From: Myxococcota bacterium
GTDB taxonomy: Bacteria > Myxococcota_A > Polyangia > Nannocystales > Nannocystaceae
DNA: 64,000 nt
Direction: 5' to 3'
NCBI GenBank assembly: GCA_039028615.1
Contig: JBCCHT010000009.1
Location: forward strand, 128,001 to 192,000
Positions 57,034-64,000 of the stretch are shown here, in pieces. The notes beneath the pieces were generated by a model. The model was given only the letters and a program-made list of their open reading frames with translations, was not told where the DNA came from and did not search any database. Made by a program: the position numbers and the translations under genes. The stretch's first letter is position 1. The number at the start of each line of letters is the position of its first letter.

Positions 57034-58278
57034 GTGTCCGAGCCGACGCCCACCGCCGAGCCCTCGCGGAGTGAGCGCGCCCGGGCGATCGAGGGCAGCC
57101 TCTGCTTCTTCCTGCTGCTGGCCGGGTACTACGTGCTCCGCCCCGTACGCGAGGAGATGGGCATCCAAGGCGGGGTCCGCCAGCTGCAGTGGCTGTACAC
57201 GGGGACCTTCGTCGCCGTGCTCGCGGTGGTGCCCGTGCTGTCGTGGCTGGTCTCACGGCTACGACGACGGGTGGCCGTGCCCATCATCTACGGGCTCTTC
57301 GTCGCCAACCTCTTGGTGTTCGCGGTCCTCGTGCCGCAGGTGAGCGCGCAGACCAAGGTCGTGCTCGCTCGCGTGATCTACGTGTGGATCAGCGTCTTCA
57401 ACATGTTCGCCATCTCGCTGTTCTGGGCGCTGATGGCCGACTCGTTCGACGTGGCGAGCAGCAAGCGTCAGTTCGGGGTCATCGCGGCGGGTGGCAGCGC
57501 AGGGGCGATCCTGGGCCCGCTGCTCACCGCCAGCCTCGCCGAGCGCCTCGGGCCGATTCCCCTGTTGCTGGTCGCGGCGGCCCTGTTGTTCGGGGCGACG
57601 CTGTGGGTGGCTCGCCTCGGTCGCGCCGCTCGGGACGGCGACGAAGACTCGATCGGCGGTCGGTGGTGGGAGGGCGTGGCTCGGTTGGTGCGCTCGCCCC
57701 AGCTGCTCGCCATCTCCGGCTACATCGTCCTGCACACCTCGGTGTCGACGTTCTTGTACTTCGAGCAGGCCAACATCGTGGCCGCGGCCTTCGACGACGA
57801 AGGCGTGCGCACGCGGCTATTCGCCCAGATGGACCTGGGGACGAACGTGCTCGCCCTGGCGCTTCAGGCCCTGGCGACGGCGGGTCTCATTCGTCGCTTC
57901 GGCATCGGGTTCCTGCTGCTGTCGGTGCCGATCTTGAGCCTCGCCGGGTTCGCCGCGCTGACCGTCGCCCCCGTGCTGGCGGTGCTGGTCACGGTGCAGG
58001 TGCTACGGCGCGCCTTCAACTATGCGCTCGCCCGCCCCGCTCGCGAGATCCTCTTCACCGCCGTCGATCCGGCAGAGCGCTACAAGAGCAAGCTGGTCAT
58101 CGACACGGTGGTCTATCGCGGCGGTGACCTCATCTCGGCCTGGGCCTTCGCGGGCCTCAGCGGTCTCGGGCTCGGCCTCGGGGCGATCGCGGCGGTCGGC
58201 ATGCGGGTCGCCGCCGTCTGGGGGGTCGTGGCCCGGATGCTGGGCAAGCGGGCGCCCGCCGCTCGGCCCGACGCGTGA
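57034..58278 (+). CDS. Npt/TLC-like (NTP/NDP exchange) MFS transporter
   Basis: YYVLRPVRE, WISVFNMF..SLFW..D, KRQFG, YALARPAREILFT, YKSK..IDTVVYRGGD. Confidence 0.88.
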   Translation: MSEPTPTAEPSRSERARAIEGSLCFFLLLAGYYVLRPVREEMGIQGGVRQLQWLYTGTFVAVLAVVPVLSWLVSRLRRRVAVPIIYGLFVANLLVFAVLVPQVSAQTKVVLARVIYVWISVFNMFAISLFWALMADSFDVASSKRQFGVIAAGGSAGAILGPLLTASLAERLGPIPLLLVAAALLFGATLWVARLGRAARDGDEDSIGGRWWEGVARLVRSPQLLAISGYIVLHTSVSTFLYFEQANIVAAAFDDEGVRTRLFAQMDLGTNVLALALQALATAGLIRRFGIGFLLLSVPILSLAGFAALTVAPVLAVLVTVQVLRRAFNYALARPAREILFTAVDPAERYKSKLVIDTVVYRGGDLISAWAFAGLSGLGLGLGAIAAVGMRVAAVWGVVARMLGKRAPAARPDA

Positions 58279-58287
58279 CGCAGGCCG

Positions 58288-58755
58288 TCAGCGCTCCCAC
58301 TTCGTGTAGGGTGTGCGGCTGAGGTTCGAGTTGAGGTAGCGCGGATCCTCGGTCACGTCCTCGCCCACCCACGCGGGCCGCTCGAACTCTTGCCCCCGTC
58401 GCTCGAGCTCGATCTCCGCGACCACCAGGCCCTCGTTTTCGCCGGAGAACACGTCGACCTCCCACGTGAAGCCAGCGAAGGGCACGAGGTAGCGGATCTT
58501 GTCGATGCGGCCGGGCTCGCACAGCCGATCGAGCATCTCGTCGGCGTCCTGCACGGGGATCGGGTACTCGAACTCCGGGGCGGCGGCGCCGACCTTGCGC
58601 CCCTTGATGGTCAGTCGCGCCTGGTCACCGATGCGACGGATCCGAACGGTGCGATCGGGATCGCGACTGAGATACCCCTGGCGAATGGTCTGGCCATCGC
58701 TGGGGAGCGGAAAAGGCCCCGGCACCAGGAATTTGCGCTCGATTTCCGTTCCCAT
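58288..58755 (-). CDS. CYTH domain protein
   Basis: EIERKFL, QGYL, VRIR, LTIKG, EFEY, AEIEL, RYLN. Confidence 0.93.
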   Translation of the reverse strand: MGTEIERKFLVPGPFPLPSDGQTIRQGYLSRDPDRTVRIRRIGDQARLTIKGRKVGAAAPEFEYPIPVQDADEMLDRLCEPGRIDKIRYLVPFAGFTWEVDVFSGENEGLVVAEIELERRGQEFERPAWVGEDVTEDPRYLNSNLSRTPYTKWER

Positions 58756-58814
58756 GGTTCGCGCCCAGTGTACGCGGATTGGCCGGCGAGTTTGAGCTAC
58801 CCTCGTGTCACCCC

Positions 58815-59915
58815 ATGAGCGCCGCCCCCAAGAGGTTGATGATCGTGATCGGCACTCGGCCCGAGGCCATCAAGCTGGCCCCGGTGGCCCTGGCGGCGCA
58901 AGCCGACCCGCGCTTCGAGGTGCGAGTGGTCCGTACCAGTCAGCACCGCGAGATGCTCGATCAGATGGTCGAGCACTTCGGGCTGCCCATCGCCGCCGAT
59001 CTCGACATCATGCGGCACGACCAGAACCTGGCGCAGATCACCACCGCCGCGCTCGAGGGGCTGTACGGCACCATCGCCGAGCAGGCGCCCGATTGCGTGG
59101 TCGTGCAAGGCGACACCACCACGACCTTCTGCGGCGCCCTGGCGGCTTTTTATCACCGCATCCCCGTCGCCCACGTCGAGGCGGGCCTACGCACGGGCGA
59201 CCGGTTCTCGCCCTATCCCGAGGAGGTCAACCGCTGCCTCACGGGGCAGATCACCGACTTCCACTTCGCCCCCACCGAGGGCGCCCAGGCCAACCTGCTG
59301 CGCGAAGGCGTGCCCGCCTCGCAAGTCACGGTGACGGGCAACACGGCGATCGACGCGCTGCACATCACCCTGGCCAAGCGGAAGGAGCCGGTCACGGTGA
59401 AGGGGCGGCAGATCCTCGTGACGGCGCACCGCCGAGAGAACCATGGCGAGCCGATGGCCGCGATCTGCGACGCGGTGCTGCGCCTGGTCGAGGCCTTCCC
59501 CGACGTCACCGTGCGGTTCCCCGTGCATCTCTCCCCGCGCGTGCGCGAGACCGTCTTCGGGCGACTGCAGGGGCACGAGCGCATCACGCTCGAGGACCCG
59601 CTCGGCTACGCCGATTTCGTGGCCGCGATGGCCGAGTCCACGCTCATCCTCTCGGACTCGGGCGGCGTCCAGGAAGAAGCCCCCTCGCTCGACAAGCCGG
59701 TGCTGGTCTTGCGTGAGAGCACCGAGCGGCCCGAGGCGGTCGAGTCCGGCGCCGCGCGGCTGGTCGGCACCGACGCCGAGCGAATCGTGGTCGAGGCGCA
59801 GCGCTTGCTCGAAGATGCCGAGCACTACGGCGCGATGGCCCGCGCGCCCAATCCTTTCGGCGACGGACGAGCCGCCCAGCGCATCATCGATGTCCTCGCG
59901 GGACGACTCTCATGA
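58815..59915 (+). CDS. wecB: UDP-N-acetylglucosamine 2-epimerase (non-hydrolysing)
   Basis: GTRPEAIKLAP, QGDTTT, HVEAGLR, PEEVNR, HRREN, DSGGVQEEAP, NPFGDG. Confidence 0.95.
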   Translation: MSAAPKRLMIVIGTRPEAIKLAPVALAAQADPRFEVRVVRTSQHREMLDQMVEHFGLPIAADLDIMRHDQNLAQITTAALEGLYGTIAEQAPDCVVVQGDTTTTFCGALAAFYHRIPVAHVEAGLRTGDRFSPYPEEVNRCLTGQITDFHFAPTEGAQANLLREGVPASQVTVTGNTAIDALHITLAKRKEPVTVKGRQILVTAHRRENHGEPMAAICDAVLRLVEAFPDVTVRFPVHLSPRVRETVFGRLQGHERITLEDPLGYADFVAAMAESTLILSDSGGVQEEAPSLDKPVLVLRESTERPEAVESGAARLVGTDAERIVVEAQRLLEDAEHYGAMARAPNPFGDGRAAQRIIDVLAGRLS

Positions 59916-60751
59916 GCAGCACCATCGAGTTGAACACCAAGAAGGACTTTTGGGACGGCCCCGGCGGCGCCAAGTGGGTCGCCTCGCAGGCCCTCATGGA
60001 TCGGATCCTGGAGCCCTTTGCCACCGCCGTGCTCGACGACGCCCAGCTGCCGAGCGAAGGCACGCTGGTCGACGTCGGTTGTGGCTGCGGCGGGAGCACC
60101 TTGATGGCCGCGCGCCGCCAGCCGGGGCTGAGCGTGATCGGGGTCGATGTCTCGAGCGCGATGCTCGAGCGGGCGCGGGAGCGAGCCCGCGACGAGGGGC
60201 TCGACATTCGCTTCGAGCACGCCGATGCCGCGACCGCCCGCCCGGCACCGGGGGTCGACCGCATCATCTCGCGCTTCGGGGTGATGTTCTTCGCCGACCT
60301 GGTGGCCGCGTTCCGCAACATGCGGCAGTGGCTGAAGCCCGGCGGACGCTTGGTGGCCGCGGTCTGGAATCCGCTCGAAGACAACCCTTGGATGCTCGAC
60401 CTATTCGAGACCCTGAAGCCTCACGTCGACGTCTCGCTGCCGACCCCCGGCGGCCCCGGTCCGTTCTCGTTGGGCGACCTGGCCACCACGGGGGAACTGC
60501 TGAGCGAGGCGGGCTTCGTCTCCGTCGCGCAGTACCCGATGGGCCTGCCCATGCGCATTCCCGGTCCCATCGAGGACGCGATACGTTTTCAGCTCGAGCG
60601 AACCCTCGTGGCCGAGGCGCTCGAGGGGGCCTCGCCCGAGCAGCGAGAGGCCGTGCACGGCGCCATTCGGGCGTACGTGGAGGCGCGCCACGACGGTAAC
60701 GCGCTGACGTTGGCGGCCAGCGCCCGCTTGATCGACGCTGGGATCGAGTGA
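59912..60751 (+). CDS. Class I SAM-dependent methyltransferase
   Basis: [33 protein letters not shown]. Confidence 0.92.
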   Translation: MSSTIELNTKKDFWDGPGGAKWVASQALMDRILEPFATAVLDDAQLPSEGTLVDVGCGCGGSTLMAARRQPGLSVIGVDVSSAMLERARERARDEGLDIRFEHADAATARPAPGVDRIISRFGVMFFADLVAAFRNMRQWLKPGGRLVAAVWNPLEDNPWMLDLFETLKPHVDVSLPTPGGPGPFSLGDLATTGELLSEAGFVSVAQYPMGLPMRIPGPIEDAIRFQLERTLVAEALEGASPEQREAVHGAIRAYVEARHDGNALTLAASARLIDAGIE

Positions 60752-60847
60752 GGCCGGCGTCCGCCTGCGGTCGTGACCCATCGCGTGTACGGGGAATCTT
60801 CGGGGGCACCCCGCGCCGCCGAGTCGCGCTACCGTAGTGCGGTCATC

Positions 60848-61501
<654 letters not shown>

Positions 61502-61507
61502 GCCCGG

Positions 61508-62083
61508 CTACGGCTTCGCGGCGGCGGCTCGATCGCGCAGCGCTTGCAGCATGCTGGCCGGGTCCGTCGCGGTCAGCAGGTGCGCGCGGTTGTGGGCTTG
61601 GAGCAGCCTCTCGCTCACCGCCCGGTCGAACCACGCCAGCAGGTGGTCGTAGTACCCGTCGACATTGAGCAGCCCGATCGGCTTTTGGTGCATTCCGATC
61701 TGCGCCCACGTGGTGACCTCGGCGAGCTCCTCCAGCGTACCGAAGCCGCCCGGCAGCGCGATGAAGGCATCGGCGTGCTCGAACATCGCGGTCTTGCGCT
61801 CGTGCATCGAGTCCACCTCGATGAGCTTCGACAGCCCACGATGGGGAATCTCGCGCGCGAATAGCCGCGTCGGGATGACCCCCGTGACCGCGCCCCCCTT
61901 GGCCATCACCGTGTCGGCGATGAGCCCCATCAGGCCCACCGTGCCGCCGCCGTATACGAGCTCGAGGCCCTCGGCGGCGAGCCGCTCGCCCAGCTCGCGT
62001 GCGGCCGCAGTGATGGATTCGTTGTGCCCCGGCGCCGAAGCACAGTAGACACAGACCCGTTGGATCGTTGACGTGGCGGGCAC
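61508..62083 (-). CDS. LOG family nucleotide phosphoribohydrolase
   Basis: VYGGG.VGLMG, MHERK, PGGFGTLEE, KPIGLLN. Confidence 0.93.
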   Translation of the reverse strand: MPATSTIQRVCVYCASAPGHNESITAAARELGERLAAEGLELVYGGGTVGLMGLIADTVMAKGGAVTGVIPTRLFAREIPHRGLSKLIEVDSMHERKTAMFEHADAFIALPGGFGTLEELAEVTTWAQIGMHQKPIGLLNVDGYYDHLLAWFDRAVSERLLQAHNRAHLLTATDPASMLQALRDRAAAAKP

Positions 62084-62205
62084 GGCGATTCCCTGAATGT
62101 GTAGGCTCTTCGAAGAGAGTCGGGCTCGAGCGCGCGATGACGCGAGTTCCGACGCGGCGTCGGCCGTCGGTCACCCCTGGTGCAGGTGACCGGCCGGCGT
62201 TCGGC

Positions 62206-62538
62206 TCATCGCAGCAGCTGCTCGAGCAGTTCGAAGTTCTCTTGTTCCTTGGGATCGATGACCCCGTCGGCCGAGAACACGGCCCGTGCCGCGTCGAGGA
62301 ACAGCTCGCGGTGCTGACGCGGGACGCGAGTAGGATCGACCTCTTCCGGCGGCGGCGGGCTCTTGAGCCAGCGCATGATCTGATCGCGGTCCTGCTCGAG
62401 GGCCAGCGTCTTCATCAGCTTCTCGACGATCTGCTTCTCGTCGTCCTGGACCTCGAGGTCGGCCCAGGCGAACGAGCACACGAACCTCATCAGGCGGAGA
62501 CGATCTTCGCGATCCAGCTCGGCGACGGTGGCGTCCAT
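62206..62538 (-). CDS. TerB family protein
   Basis: AWADLEVQDDE and ADGVIDPKE duplicated metal-binding-like motifs. Confidence 0.8.
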   Translation of the reverse strand: MDATVAELDREDRLRLMRFVCSFAWADLEVQDDEKQIVEKLMKTLALEQDRDQIMRWLKSPPPPEEVDPTRVPRQHRELFLDAARAVFSADGVIDPKEQENFELLEQLLR

Positions 62539-62663
62539 GGGCGGACGATATCACGTCGGCGCCGCCGTCGGACGGGCCCGGCCCCGAGCGCGCAATTGGG
62601 CGCAGAACGGGCGCAACTGCGCGGTTGGGGCCTTTTTCGTCGTTCGCCTACACCGCGAGCCCG

Positions 62664-64000
62664 CTACATCGACAGCGAGCCCTTGCGGAAATCGGACTTG
62701 CCAATCAGGGCGTTGATGAGCACCGGGGTCCCTTCAGCCGCCGCCTTTTTGGCGTCCGCCATCACCCCTGGCAGGTCCTCTGCTCGCTCGACCTTGAGCC
62801 CCTTGGCCCCGAAGCCCGCCGCCACGCGGTGGTAGTCGCTGTGGGCGAGGACGGTGCCGACATCGTCTTGGAGCAGCACGACCTGGTCGCGGGCGATCTG
62901 CTGCCAGCTCGCATCGTTGCCCACCACCGCGATCACGGGCAGCCCGTGGCGCACGAAGGTATCGAACTCCGCGATGCTGTAGCCCGCCGAGCCGTCGCCG
63001 TACAGCAGCCAGACCTCCGCGTCGGGGCGCACCAGCTTGGCTCCCAGGGCGAAGCCCGCTCCCACACCCAGCGTGCCGAAGGCCCCCGGGTCGAGCCACG
63101 ACAGCGGGCTGCGGGGGCGCGTGATGTACGACGCGGTGGCCACGAAGTCGCCGCCGTCGGCCACCTGCACGCTGTCGTCCGCCAGCGCCCCGTCGATCGC
63201 CGAGCACACCGCCATCGGGTTGATGGGGTCGATGGTCTCCGCCGCCTGCGTCGCGATCTCCTGCTCGCGTTCTTGGTCGCGGCCTTCGAGCTTCGCCATC
63301 CACGACTCGCGTGCCGACGTGTTCGTCGGCTTCGCTTGCTCGGCCAGCGCGAAGATCATCTCCGCCGGGTCGGCCACCACCGCCAGCTGCGGGCGTCGGT
63401 TCTTCTTGACGTCGACCTCGCTGCGCCCCACCGAGATCAGCTTGGCCTTGCGCGAGATGGACATGCCGTAGTTGAGCCGGAAGTCACAGGGCACGCCGGC
63501 CAGCAGCACCAAGTCCGCTTCCTTGAGTGCTTTGGTCCGCTTGTGCCGGAACCACTGCTCGTGCGACGGCCCCATCAGCCCGCGCGCCATCCCGGACAGG
63601 TACACGGGTACGCCCAGCTTCTCGATGCTCGCCACCAGGCGCTTCAGCTCGTCCGCCTGCAGCGTCGCCTGGCTACCCAGCACGAAGACGGGTCGCTCCG
63701 ACTCCTCGAGCATCTTGGCCGCGCGGGCGACTGCTCCGGGGAACGGGGTCGGCGGGCGAGGGCGGATGCGAGGCCCGGGCGTGGGGCGATTGGCGCCCGC
63801 GAACACCCGAGCCAGGTGCAGCCGCAGGTAGCCCTGCAGCGCCAGCTCCGGCAGGCTCTTCGCGTCGGAGGCCGCCTTCGCGCCGTAGAACTCCCGCACG
63901 TTCTGCTCCGGGTAGAGCAGGTCGACGGGGCACTCCACGAACACCGGGCCCGGCACGCCTTCTTGCGCCACCTGGAATGCCTTCTCCAGCATCGGCACCA
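62664..64000 (-). CDS. Thiamine pyrophosphate enzyme, acetolactate synthase-like (ILVBL/HACL2-type); 5' end outside window
   Basis: PGPVFVECPVD, DFRLNYG, DGGDFVAT, WLDPGAFGTLGVG, GDGSAGYS..GND TPP motif. Confidence 0.9.
   Translation of the reverse strand, partial: VPMLEKAFQVAQEGVPGPVFVECPVDLLYPEQNVREFYGAKAASDAKSLPELALQGYLRLHLARVFAGANRPTPGPRIRPRPPTPFPGAVARAAKMLEESERPVFVLGSQATLQADELKRLVASIEKLGVPVYLSGMARGLMGPSHEQWFRHKRTKALKEADLVLLAGVPCDFRLNYGMSISRKAKLISVGRSEVDVKKNRRPQLAVVADPAEMIFALAEQAKPTNTSARESWMAKLEGRDQEREQEIATQAAETIDPINPMAVCSAIDGALADDSVQVADGGDFVATASYITRPRSPLSWLDPGAFGTLGVGAGFALGAKLVRPDAEVWLLYGDGSAGYSIAEFDTFVRHGLPVIAVVGNDASWQQIARDQVVLLQDDVGTVLAHSDYHRVAAGFGAKGLKVERAEDLPGVMADAKKAAAEGTPVLINALIGKSDFRKGSLSM

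Noticed and set aside
32576..59915. galE, acyltransferase, SGNH and wecB as a polysaccharide cluster
   Set aside because: Not contiguous; no flippase, polymerase or run of glycosyltransferases

Overview
High-GC bacterial chromosomal window, densely coding (about 62 genes). It is most consistent with a myxobacterium of the Nannocystaceae/Plesiocystis type; this is an inference from the Cys-rich repeat lipoproteins, Ser/Thr kinases and several ECF sigma factors. I saw no rRNA, tRNA, CRISPR array, integrase or transposase. Recognisable genes include azlC/azlD with a MarR-GNAT regulator, a Tat-exported PaoABC-like molybdoenzyme operon, coaD, a FadL-like transporter, mtnB-mtnD-ahcY, an M1 peptidase, a CotH kinase, galE, an adenine/adenosine deaminase, an OFA MFS transporter, GST with HxlR, a hybrid histidine kinase, an OmpA/Pal-like protein, MlaD, csoR with a permease-HMA fusion, an Npt-like transporter, wecB, msrA, LOG and TerB. 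The best candidate for an undescribed system is at 28.7-29.5 kb: an ECF-type promoter, then a 49-aa 16-Cys metallothionein-like peptide (below the ORF-track cutoff as a stand-alone ORF), then a CorE-like Cys-tailed metal-sensing ECF sigma factor. Other notable items: an orphan Tse2-like ADP-ribosyltransferase toxin domain (17.1-17.5 kb), a eukaryote-type methionine-salvage cluster, a Tat-exported NAD(P)-binding enzyme divergent from a nucleotide-transporter-like gene, an MlaD with an 8-Cys insertion, and a small Cys/His protein closing the molybdoenzyme operon. All family assignments come from motif recognition by eye; no database searches were run.
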